Assembly: GCA_964016885.1 (NCBI GenBank)
Contig: OZ024747.1
Coordinates: forward strand, 87,544,001-87,608,000
Reading direction: 5' to 3'
Length of the DNA stretch: 64,000 nt
From: Eledone cirrhosa
Taxonomy: Eukaryota
The notes beneath the pieces were generated by a model. That model saw only the letters and a list, made by a program, of their open reading frames with translations. It made no database searches and was not told the origin of the DNA. This document shows, in pieces, positions 25,181 through 37,500 of the stretch (its first letter is position 1; the number at the start of each line of letters is the position of its first letter). A program made the translations under genes and the position numbers.

Positions 25181-25927
25181 CAAGCAGGGAAAAGCAGACG
25201 TAAAATGATGATGATGATGATGATATATAGCAGATTAATTATGATTAGTTTTCCCTCTTAGGCAGTGAGAGTGAATGTGCAAATCTGTGTATAAAATAGA
25301 TGTTTTTATTTATTGGTATATATACTGACACGTATGTATGTATGTGTATATATATATATGTGTGTGTGTATTATGTATGTATCTATTTTCATTACTTTTA
25401 TATTAAAATAATGAGCAAATTTTGTATCTTTTGCCAAAACATCTTATTTAAAATCTTTTTTTAAATATGAAATTCAATATTCTGAGTGCAGCAGAATATT
25501 TTAAACTTTTTATAAAATTCCTTTTCCACCTTCATTCTTCCTTTACTTCTCATTCTACGGTGATTATTGCCATGTAAGGTGTCTCTGAAAGGTTGAATTC
25601 TTAAAGACACAGTACCAGTTTTAGTGGAATCTCTTTTGGGTATTGGAGTGGAACTAATTCCATGTTTCCAACATCATCATGCCTAATAGGAAGACTTGGA
25701 AAAAAATTATTTATTGAATGAAGTTCTAATTTCTTGATCAATTCATCAATATATCTTAAACTCCAAAATTGTTTGATATTATACCCGAGAAACTTATTGT
25801 ATGCATGAGTGTGCATCTATATATGTGTGTATATATGTTTATATGTATATGTTTGTGTGTGTATGTGTATATATGTGTGTGTGTATATATATGAATGTGT
25901 ATATATATATATATATATATGTATATA

Positions 25928-25988
<61 letters not shown>

Positions 25989-26037
25989 ATGCATATGTAT
26001 ATGCATATGTATATATATATATGTGTGTGTGTATATA

Positions 26038-27318
26038 CAGGGTGCGGACGATTTGTTCGCAAAATTACTGTTTAGGAAAAAATAACACAGTAGTTTTATA
26101 TTTTAAGATATATTTATCAAACTTGGGTCAGTTTGTCTTTATGACTTGTTCTTTCGATCTCACTCAATAAACCCGCCATTGGCTTTGATGACGGACTCAA
26201 GGTGGCCTCGAAACCGGCTACAGGCCTTCGTCGCTGTCCCCCGATTTAGGCCCCTAAAGGCACTTGTGATCCTGGCCTTCAGATCGTCTTTCATATTGCA
26301 GCTAGATCTGTTGGTGTCTCGTTCCACTGCACCTCACACAAAGAAGTCGAGGGGGTTGCAGTCAGGCGAGCTGGGAGGCCAGATGTCAGGTGAAGTGTGG
26401 TCGACGAAGTTCTCTGACAGCCAGGCTTGGGTCTTTTGGCTTGTATGGCAGGGCACTGAGTCTTGCTGCAATATGTACGGCCTACCTGCAGCTACCTGGT
26501 CGATCCAGGGCTTTACTACCTTGCTCAGAATGCGGATGTAGCCATCGGTGTTCAGCTTGAGGCCCTCAGGGAAGAAGTGAAGTGGCATGACGTCACCTTG
26601 ACTTCTGACGACACCTAAGACCAATGTTGTCGCTGGAAACTTTGTCTGCATGACTCTGGGCACGTCTTTGGATGAGACAGTGAGCCATCTGTTGTTCTGG
26701 GAATTGATCTTCTGGTCTTGGCAGAAGTTTTTCTCGTCGGAGAAAAACCACAGCATGTCTGGCTCCAGTGGGTGCTTCAACTTGTTGATCAGCTTCTTTG
26801 CATTCTTCAGTCGCTTTTCTTGCATCGCCTTTGACAGAAATTGTCCTTTCCTCATCTTGTATGAAACGTAGCGAATGTCTTCATGTACCACCAGCCTAAT
26901 GAGCTTTCCATCCACGCCTTTCTCCCTTGCAATGGCACGCATTGACTTGCTAGGTTCATTGTTGATGAACTCGGGCGTTCTGAAGGCATCAGATCGTCGA
27001 TCATGTGTTTTCCTCTTTGATGTTGCTTCGTAGTCGTATCCTGAATCTTCCAATTCCTTTCTGACCTTTTCCACCATTCTCCTGCTGACGCTGAGAAAGT
27101 CTGAAATTTCCTTATTTGTCCTCCCGGTGCGGATTCCAAGAAGTCAGTGTCTCTTCCACACATTTGGAGGTTCAAAATTATTCATAATCAATTATTCTGA
27201 AAATAAATAATGGAAATATAGTCACTATTTTTATGAAGACAAGAGTGACAACGGAAGTAAAAAATATTTGCATAAAATTAACAGTTGAAAATTGCGAACA
27301 AATATCATCCACACCCTG
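26038..27318 (-). mobile_element. Tc1/mariner-superfamily DD37D (maT) transposon, near full length, inactivated
   Basis: TIRs CAGGGTGCGGACGATTTGTTCGCAA / TTGCGAACAAATATCATCCACACCCTG with TA TSDs; transposase ORF 27077-26334 with WFFSDEK, QQD and SPDCNPLD (37 residues between the 2nd and 3rd D); premature TGA at the conserved Trp position; N-terminal region disrupted. Confidence 0.93.
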
Positions 27319-27522
27319 TATATATATAGGTAGGTAGGTAGCCAAGGGATCAACCTCAAGTGATATGCAAAGGAGTGGAAAAATGCTCAATAATTAGTAG
27401 AGTAGAATGATATTTATTGTCTTTGTGAGTTGCTACTCAGAACTTCTCATTACTGACTTTCAGTTACTTCTGACAGCTCGTGAATACTAATCTTTGAATA
27501 TATATATATATATACACACATA

Positions 27523-27910
27523 GTCGTCATTTTCTATGTTTGCTGTGTCTTTTGCCATTTTCTTCTTCAAGTTCAGCCTCTTGAGTCTTCCTTTGCTGCA
27601 AGTTTCTTCCACTTGGATCACTTGGAACATCTTTACCCAACCATCTATCTCTATACATTTTACATGTCCATACTTCCTTCTTCCACACTACAGCTGATGT
27701 GCCTAGTTTTTATCTTTGCTCATTTGTGCTCCATTGTCCTTGTACACATCTAACAGAATATGTTCACTTCATTTCTTTCCAGCCTTAGCACCACTTCTGT
27801 ATTTAATGCTCATGTATCATTACCCTGCAATCTGCTCTTTAATTAGAAATAGAATTCTAACCGAGGTAATAGCTCCCTGAACGTTTTCTACATGAGTCTT
27901 ATTATCCTGG
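27523..27910 (-). mobile_element. Degenerate RTE-group LINE 3' fragment
   Basis: Reverse-complement similarity to the 11.9-12.5 kb and 58.7-59.2 kb copies. Confidence 0.6.
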
Positions 27911-30900
27911 CTACTAATTATACACATACACATGTATGCAGTGCCTGTAGTTACTTTCTATCATAGTTTCATGCTAATATCCATGAATTTGGAAACATCT
28001 GCATACATAAACTCACAGTACTTATGGATATAAAATAGAAAAGGTTGTATCTTAAAGAAAAATAATAACTTGTACATTTTAGAAACAAACTTAAATTGTT
28101 ATTTTTACATTGTCTTCCATGATTCAAATTGACATCACCTAAAAAAAATTATTTTGTTTTTAATATCTAATTTCATTCTTTTTGAATCCATAATAAGGGC
28201 AGTCTTTTGACATATTTGTAATTAATTGATTGAATTATTTTTACAACGGCTTCCATTAAAGAAAATTATCACAATTCTCGTTTCATTGTCTACAAGCTTC
28301 CACTTCTATTTAGCTCAATTTCTACCAAAATTTGTTTTAGCAAAATATGTGGAACTTGAGCCACTCGAGAAACCAGAGATAACTCGTCAATATACTGTAT
28401 TTCATTTCTACCATATCACATTTTTGTGAAAAGATTATTCACCAACGAATATCCACTTGGGCTATTCAAGAGAGATAACTCATACTAACTAGGGAAACTA
28501 ACTCATCAAAATATTTCATTTCCATCATATCACTTGTGAGAACGATTATTTAAATATTAGATATTTATATTCCATCAACGAATATTCATTATGTTATCAA
28601 CTATCACCATATTTGTTTTTATCTTATAAAAGCCAGAAATTTCATAAGTGGGACAATACTTTCTAAAACTGTAAAGATATTTTATTTCGTGCCTATATAA
28701 TATCTTTCATGGAGGTGCATTACCTGGTGGTTAAGGTTTTTTGGCTTATGATCATGAGGTCATGGATTTGATTCCCAGAGTGATGTGTTATGTTTTTAAG
28801 CAAAGTATTTCATTTCACACAGCGGAGAAGTAACAGCCGCTTAATACCCATGGAACTAAGATAAGCTCCAAGTTTCATCCAACTCATGCAAACATGGAAA
28901 AACAGACGTAAAACGATACTTTAATTCATAGAATCTTTCTTTTTGTTATTTCTCAAATCCTCCAAACAACTAGGGGGTAAATAATCTGGGATTGTTATTT
29001 GTGCGATTAGAAAAAAACAAAAACAATTGTAAAACTAAAAATAGTGTTAGCAGAATTCAGAGAGATATTTTCTAACATATTTTTATGAGAATTAATACTT
29101 ATACTTCACATAACTTTCAAACATTATTAAAGGCAGAAAAATATGTTTTAAAGAATAAGTTTGAAAGACTAAATAACTAATCAATGGATTTGAAATTATA
29201 TGTGATGAGTGCCAAGTTATGTCAAACATACATAGAATCTGAGGATTGCTGCTTTGTATATTTGGCAAAGCTTATTTACCATAACTGCGAAATGGGTGTT
29301 AGATCATGATGAATGTTAATCTGATACAGATTAGTGTTCTATCCAGGATATGAGTTAACTCCTTCACCTCCATAATGCTATTTTTATATTTTTTTTTTTT
29401 ATGGAAAAGGATATTTCTCCTCTGAATTAACTAACTTCAAAAGGGGAGGTGACAAAGAATTCAGGAATCGAAATTGAATATTCTTTTCCTTCAACTAAAA
29501 GATTTTTTTTTAAATGATTGTCTACAAAATCTCTTGTAATATAAATATATATATATATATATATATATTATTGTATCTTATTACTATGTTTCCCTTTCTT
29601 ACACATGTTGTTTAATATAATTTCTGCAAATTCCATTTGTAGTTTAACTTAAGTAATAAAAGCGTTGTTAATATTAACTCACTTGTTTGTTTCCATTACA
29701 AAAACAACAACAATGCATGCTGAAGTTGAATTTGGCACCTTTTAAATCAAATGTTTACAAAAGATCTGTCTAAAACAACAACAAGCATTTTAAAGCTGTT
29801 TTCCCTGCTAAAGCATGGGCTAACCATGCCAGTCCCATAGCAGGATTCATGTTAATTATGAGGTTTAGGCCATATTTTACGATTGGATACCCATCCTGGC
29901 ACCAACTCTTCTAATCAGCTCTTAAAACAAGCAAAGATATAGTTTACCCATTCTAAACTGGATACATATAGTTGAAATGATGACTTAAGTATGCAATAAC
30001 TATTTACTATATCTCATCAAACTTCCACTTAGTTAATATTAAATCACTGATTGAGACATAAATATCTATCTATCTCTTTCTCTTCTATTCTCTCTCTTCC
30101 TAATAATTGTCTTTTACTATCATTTAAAAAGGGAAGGGTTCATTGAATAATGTAGTCCTGCAAACGTACAAATCATAGGTCAGTGCTGACATGGAACTAA
30201 ACAGAAAAAGTATGGTGTGATCATAGCTAGAAAAACATTGACCATAAATAAGTCTTTTCAGTCAGGGTTGAGCTGGGGCTACACAAAACACAGTATGACC
30301 ACAGCTGGCACAACTTTAATAATAGGTCTGCTCAGTAGAGCTAACCTAGGGTTAAACAAGATCGTTTGATCACAGCTAGAACACCTTTGATCATTGCTCT
30401 TCTCAGTTTGGGCTGACAGGAGGTTAAACAACAACAACAACCAAATTCCACTTACAAGATATATATATCAACCTAAGGCTGCAGTAGAAGGAATTTACAC
30501 AGTGTTCGACAGTGAGATCAAACCTGGAGTTGTGTTTGCAAAGCAAACTTAACTCCATGAATATGCCTGCATCTTAAAATCCGTCTGTATTTCTTGACAG
30601 CAATAATAAAAAAAATCCCACAGTATCCATCGATTGTACTATATGAAGACAAAAACATTTACAAGTATCCAATGGCAATAACGTATTATTTGTTTGTTAT
30701 TCCATATGTATGTATCTATGTATGGTCCCATAACTCCTGATAGAGTCTTAGGTGTGTCATATTGACATATGGTGTTTCTTGGACATTTTTAAGCCTGGTG
30801 AAGCCCATCCCTCTCCAGGTCTGAGTATAGCAGATTTCTTTCAGAGAAAGATAGAAAGTGCAAAAGAGGAAATGAGAAAGAGATATAGAGGAAGAATCCA

Positions 30901-33081
30901 CCCCAGTACTAGACTGGTACATTTTTTATTGACCTTGAAAGGATGAAAGGCAAAGTTGACACCAGTAGGATTTGAACTCAGAGAGCTGGAATGCATACCA
31001 TAAAGCATTCTATCCGACATTCTAACAACTCTGCCAATTCACCACCTTATGTTATTCCATATATGGACACATAAATTGACTCATATAACAATGGTCTCTT
31101 CATATAATGTCTTTCATTAGAAATGAAGATGTGATTGTGGGGACCCTGACCAGACACTGCTGCATGTTTTCAGGATTACCCCATCAGCTTGGAGGCAATC
31201 CATAATACTTCAAATGACAACTTAGTCTCGCTCACCAATCTCAATGTCTCGCTAACCATTGTGCATATGTCATATGACAAGAAGTCATAGAAATATGGAA
31301 ACAAAAAGGTTAATATACTCCATCACCACCCTACTGCCCAGAAAAAGAGAATTACTTTGTGAACCACAAAAGGTTTCATTATCTGACTTCAACTTATGAT
31401 AAGAAACGCAGTTATGAAACACAAATGTCATTCACCTCACTATGAGCAACAACAACAACATTTACCCTACTTAAACAAGGGTTAACCTTGCAGAGGAATG
31501 GCCAAGATGGTGTTGTTCCGAAGGGTCTTTGGATTAACATTGCTCGATAGAATGTGTATCAGAGATCAGAGAGTCATTCCAGGTAGAGCTGTTACTTCTC
31601 CGAATTGAGAGATCACAGATCCAATAATATAGGCAAAACCAACTGGCAAGAGACTCAGGGATTGACCCTAAGCAACATAGTTGGATATCGTCCATGAGCT
31701 TGGCTGGTCTTGATTGGGGATCAGTTGGAGATAGTTGCTTTTGACAGGACCTGCTGGAAGGAGTGTTTGGGGACTAGGCCCCCACGATCCTCTCAGGAAT
31801 AAGTGGGAGGAGAAAACTTAGAACACAATTCATGCATGACATTAGCTAAGCCCCACACTGGTGTTTTAGTTACCTACTTGAGACAAGATAGATTTACCTT
31901 TAATTTGGTTATCAAATGACATCTGGTTGTCAAATCCTTACACAGTGTTTCATTTTGTCTTAAATTACACTTGTAAAGAAAAAGATCTTTGTTAGATATT
32001 TGACCTATTTGTAATATTAAGGTATCTATGTATATTTGTTGTAACCAACCCTGATTAATATATATGATGAAAATAAAAAAAACATTCCAGCTCACTTGTT
32101 CCTGCAAAGATTGTTGAGGCAGAGTCCTCAAACACTCCTTCCAACAGGTCCTGTCAGAAGCAACCATCTCCAACTGATTTGGCTGGATACCCAAGTGAAA
32201 TGAAACCAGCCAAGCTCATGGATGTTATCCAACTATCTTGCTCGGGGTCTACTCCTGGGTCACCTACCTGTTGGTTTAGCCCATAAAATCTGTACAGTGA
32301 TTCTTTCCAGAGAAATTTTAACCACATGCCCATAGTATCAGAGTTGCGATCTCTCAATCCGGAGAAGTAGAGGCTCTACAAAATGTAGTGTTAGGTATTG
32401 GATATTTTAAGACTGTGGTTAAAAAGGACTTTGCTATTATTTTTAGCATGTTAAATAAACATGTTGCAGCTCCCTTCTTGGCTCACCCATCCCATGTTAT
32501 TGTTATTGATTTGCCAGTTGTCTCTGCATAAATACAGCATGTGGGGATTATCTGTAAATATGGTTTCTATACAGACTGTGATGATATCCTATGTAGCTGT
32601 TGCTTGATTTAGTCATATGATCTCTTACAGCTGATATATATCATGCCGATACTTATTGTTGTCATTTAACCTCAGGTCAAGTCTCTTGTGATGACCATCT
32701 TATCTTGTTTTCAGACAATGTATGAAGTGCAGCATTACCCTTATCGAATGGATCCATCTTTGTAAAAGATAAAAATGTGTTGTTTTAATAAGATTTTGGC
32801 AGCTATATCCAGTAGGTGTAGTGAGAAGGGAAGGTAAGAAAGAAAGGAGGAGTATCACAATAATTATCAGCATAATCAAGACCTTAATGACTATGATCAC
32901 CGATTTTGTTTTGTTTTTTTCTCTTCTATAGCTTATACTTCTGTAGCTTAAACTATATTTTCAAACAGTGGAGAGTTTCATTTCAGAAACAAGGGAGGTA
33001 ATTCCAGAATGTTTGAACTCCCAGCCTTAATTTAACTGTGTAGTATGAGTTGTGAGCTAATTATATAAAAAAAAAACTTAA

Positions 33082-33605
33082 CCTCCTCAAATGAGATTGT
33101 TACCAATGGAGATGGCAGAATGTTTACTTTTGGGGCATCAAGGGAGGCAAATTGTGGGGGGATGAATGGCTTTTTGCAATCTGGCTTATCAGCTATATTT
33201 CAAACACTTAAAATAATTAAGATAAAATATTTGAAATATTTAAAATATTTAAGCCTCCTCTAATAATTCCTTCCTTCCGTTTTTGTATGGATTTTACCAG
33301 CACTTTACATGTAATGTCATACTTCTTTTTCATTTAGTTGCCAGGCCCTTTTTGCCAGTGCTGTGGTGTGTTTCATGTAGGGATGGCTAAATGAGGAGAG
33401 GTGCAAGTAGAACCTTTGCTTAAATCAGTCCTGGACCATACCTACATATTTTTCATGGGTCTCTGGCTTGTTGGTATTTGGTCTCTGCCTTGTATATTAC
33501 AGTTTTTTTTACATTACAGTTTTTTTGTAATGGACAGTTGCTTTTCTTCTTGCAAGAGCATCCCGCCGGAACATGCACAAATGGTAACTATCTCATTCAA
33601 GGGGG
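33082..33605. mobile_element. piggyBac-like TTAA MITE
   Basis: TTAA at 33078-33081 and 33606-33609; ~28-bp imperfect TIRs CCTCCTCAAATGAGATTGTTACCA / TGGTAACTATCTCATTCAAGGGGG. Confidence 0.75.
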
Positions 33606-34103
33606 TTAAGTGTTTTAGATAATTAGCATGCAGCTTGTACCACATGCATACTACACACAGATAAATTAAGGCTGAGAATTCAAACACTCCGGACTTACCA
33701 CCCTTGTTTCTGAAATGAAACTCTCTTCTGTTTAAAACCAAATATAGTCGGCTAAAGGAGCTTCCTTTTTCGTATTTTTGTCTTAGTGTTTGATGAGAGG
33801 CGTAGTTTAGAATAACCTCCTCCACTATACAGTAGTGGCCATAACTGAACTCCAAAACTAATGGTCGCGAATACATGAAACTTTATTTACAATAAATAAG
33901 CTCTCTTGCAATAGATTGAGCATTGTTTTCCTTAACAATTTATCTACAGATATCCTACATATACATGTATATATAGATATACTTTTCTGTATCAAGTTGA
34001 CGTGGGAGCCATTATGCAGTCATTCAATATGTTAGATATAGCAGTCAAATCAACACTGGAGGCTGCTTTCTAGAAATTGCAACCCAATCTCTTTCAAATA
34101 AAA

Positions 34104-34303
34104 NNNNNNNNNNNNNNNNNNNNNNNNNNNNNNNNNNNNNNNNNNNNNNNNNNNNNNNNNNNNNNNNNNNNNNNNNNNNNNNNNNNNNNNNNNNNNNNNN
34201 NNNNNNNNNNNNNNNNNNNNNNNNNNNNNNNNNNNNNNNNNNNNNNNNNNNNNNNNNNNNNNNNNNNNNNNNNNNNNNNNNNNNNNNNNNNNNNNNNNNN
34301 NNN
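34104..34303. other. Assembly gap (200 N)
   Basis: Run of exactly 200 n, probably a fixed-size scaffolding gap. Confidence 0.99.
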
Positions 34304-34509
34304 TTATCTCAGTCCAGTCACTTTTCTTAAATTGTATTCTATAAGACAGGAATCGATTATGATAATGTTTTAAAGAAAGATTTTAACATTTTACCACATT
34401 GTTTGTTTACCATTTTGTATATTTACTTGATGTACAAATCTCTCAATGTGTGGATAAGAAGAGAGAAAGAGAAGTTCTGAATTAAATATAGTAGGTTTAC
34501 ACACCTGCC

Positions 34510-34524
34510 ATGTCAACATATCAG
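34510..34524 (+). CDS. CTR2: CTR2-like predicted first coding micro-exon (MSTYQ)
   Basis: gccATGTCAACATATCAG|gtaatt joins in phase 0 to the acceptor ccacag|GCA ATG GAG at 39765, giving MSTYQAMEVEST. Confidence 0.65.
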
Positions 34525-37500
34525 GTAATTTTTTTTATCAGTATTTGATTAACATATTTATATGTTTTATATACATATTTATATGTTATATATTTATATT
34601 TATTGGTTTCATCTTTCATGTTGATCTTTTTCCTTTAATGATACACAAACCTCGTTATGAAGCTATAGTTGATTTATAACCTCTTGCAAACCCAACCCAC
34701 CTGAAACGATCCATGATTCAACAATACAAAATACATCTTTTTAAAGTGTCCATATTTATATTTATTCTTTTGATACCAAACCACCTGAAACAACCCTTGG
34801 TTTATGATATGAAGCTGTTTTAAAATACTTATCATCATTATCACCATTATCAACATCATCATTATTATCATCTTCGTCATTGTCATTGTCGTCATCATCA
34901 TCATCATCATCTTCATCATTTATCAGAGGTTGAATGGGTTTTCACAGACTGAGTTAGTACTCAAGCAGGGTTACTAATCTCTCAGATGGACTGGGGGCCT
35001 GCTTTCTCACATACTCTGCTGAGTGCATGTTATTGTGACACCAATACTAGGGAAGTTATGTCATTGACACAGCTGAAGGGTCCTCCTGGCCCTTGGTTTG
35101 GTAGGTTTTCTATGGCTGGATGTCTTTCTTATCTTCAACTACTTCACCAACACTAGGGAGGTTGACATATCTCTGACACAACTGAAAGGTCCTCCCAACG
35201 CTTTGATTGGTAAGATTTCTATGGCTGGATACCCTTTCTATCATCAATCACTTTGCAGCATGTACTGGATGCATTTATCATGTAGATCCCCAACATAATC
35301 TAAAATTCTTCCATCATAATTTTAGTTAAGAACCTTTGTTAATTTATGTTCCAAATTCTAGATTATTTTCAAAATGATATAAGATTATCTAGATTATCTA
35401 AGTATCTGTTGATTGATGAGATAAAAGTAAGAATTTATTTAACTCTTTAGCATTTACATGACTCTATATATAGTATTGTATTTGTGTGGTAAAGGCTTTA
35501 TCTCACGCAATATCGAATCTATCAGATTTTGATATTTATTTTGAGAACAATAACCTAACATCACTATGAATGGCCAGTTATGGCTGGTTTGAACAGACAG
35601 AGGTGAGAGAATTCTGGCCAGATATGGCCAGTTTAAATGCTAAAGTGTTAAAAGAGAAATGTATTATTATTTAACCATTTTGATACCAAACTATCAGAAA
35701 CCATTTCTGTTTCTATGATATATCATAGTTTTAAAAAATATATTTATCTAAACATTTTCCATCATTATTTTATGTAAGAACCTTTATTAGGCACTAAGTT
35801 CATAACAAAGAATTTAATTACATTAATAAATCCCTTTAAATGCATGTACACACACACACACACACATACTCACAACATGTACATACAAGTGTAATTACTA
35901 TCAAACACATTCACTCAACACTTACACATACCTAAGATTCACTCATGTACTCATTTACTCACACACAAACACACACATGCCTGCAAACATGCTTACAATT
36001 AATTCACATACACAGAAATGTACACATAAAGTGCACACTGGTACACACACAATTATACATACAAGCACACAGATACACATACAGCAACACCAAGACAAAG
36101 TGCACACCAGTACATACATATACATGTACACAAACACACTTAAATGAACACCTATACATACATATACACATACTTCAAGTGCACACCTGTATATTTCAGT
36201 GATTGCTATCATATTACATTAGACGTGATTATTATGTCAAACACCTGGAATTTGGAGAAAAAAAAACCCTTTTCTCTCTGCTCATATTATTTCAAGTAGA
36301 AACAAAGATTTCTCTATAGTGATATGAAAAGCTATCAGTAACATGTATAAAAGAAGTTGTCAAACTTGGGCCAACAACTGGTATATTAGCTCTGATTTTA
36401 TAGAGCATGCTTTTGCAATCAAGGAACATGAAATAACCACAAAATACTTAATGTACAAGGGATAGGAGTATAGGTAAAACACTTAGATATGACGATACAG
36501 ACTCTGTAAATTTAACAATTGCACCTATATTATAAGCTGCTTTTAAAAAATATCCTCTTGCATTATATCACTCTGAGGCATGATATCAAAGCCAAAACAT
36601 TGAACATTGCAATCTGTAAAAAGGATAGTCCTGAAGAAAAAAATCAAATGAATTAAATTGATGTACATGACGTAATCGCTAACAACATGAAAGAATATAA
36701 ATGAAATGTTCCCATTAACACCTCAGTGTAAGCATAACAGGCTAAATATGATGTTCTGAGATAGAGAAAAAGAAAGTGTGCATAATAGTTGTAATCAGTT
36801 AATCAGCGGATGTTAACATAACATTAAAGGCTAGTGAAAAAACAACAACTATACTGAACTAATGAGAAATCGTCAGCTACTCCACCCAGACTAGTTTTGC
36901 ATTTATACATGTAATTACTGTTTCCCTTCAATATAACATCAATCTTGATCAACTGGGCTTTAACAAACAAAAAGATTGTGACTGATTAGAAAATTACAGC
37001 CATCTATCTGTCTGTTGATCTTGCTTGATAGATCTGGGGTCATCCTGGTCAGCGGTCACAGAGGTGTCATCATGCATAGAGTCAACCAGGTCCACCAGAG
37101 TTCTCTATTACTGGTGGCCCTAAGCCAGTCCCTCTGCATCCTCCAAAGTGACATCAAGCCTCTGGAGATCTTTCTTAATCCTGTCCAGCCATCTGGAATG
37201 GGGCCTTCCAGAACATTGCTGTTACATCGAATGAGAACAAGGCTCTGATAGGATGATCTGGCAGGAGGCGGAGGTCATGTCCATACTCGTGGATGTGGTG
37301 GATGGCTATAAGGCAGGAGGCTGCAGACTGATGAGTGCTGCATGTACATAGCTCTTCATTAGAAATGTAATGGTACCAGCTAATGTTCTCAATGGTCCTC
37401 GGGGCTCTGCTATCAAAGCCAGTGATCTTCTTTGCCAGAGTCTTCATAAGGGGCCATGTTTCTTGCTCCACAAAGAAGGATGGAGAAGATCAACACATTG

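Noticed and set aside
25801-26170. Overlapping YI/CV-rich ORFs (similar ones at 35945-36212 and 61975-62346)
   Set aside because: Microsatellite artefacts
26334-26336. Recoded or selenocysteine TGA in the transposase
   Set aside because: Falls on a conserved Trp position (simple TGG>TGA) in an element with other lesions
26146-26541. 131-aa + strand ORF
   Set aside because: Antisense shadow of the maT transposase
22010-29700. Very long EGFR 3' UTR ending at the AATAAA near 29655
   Set aside because: Many AATAAA hexamers occur in AT-rich DNA; the end cannot be fixed from sequence alone
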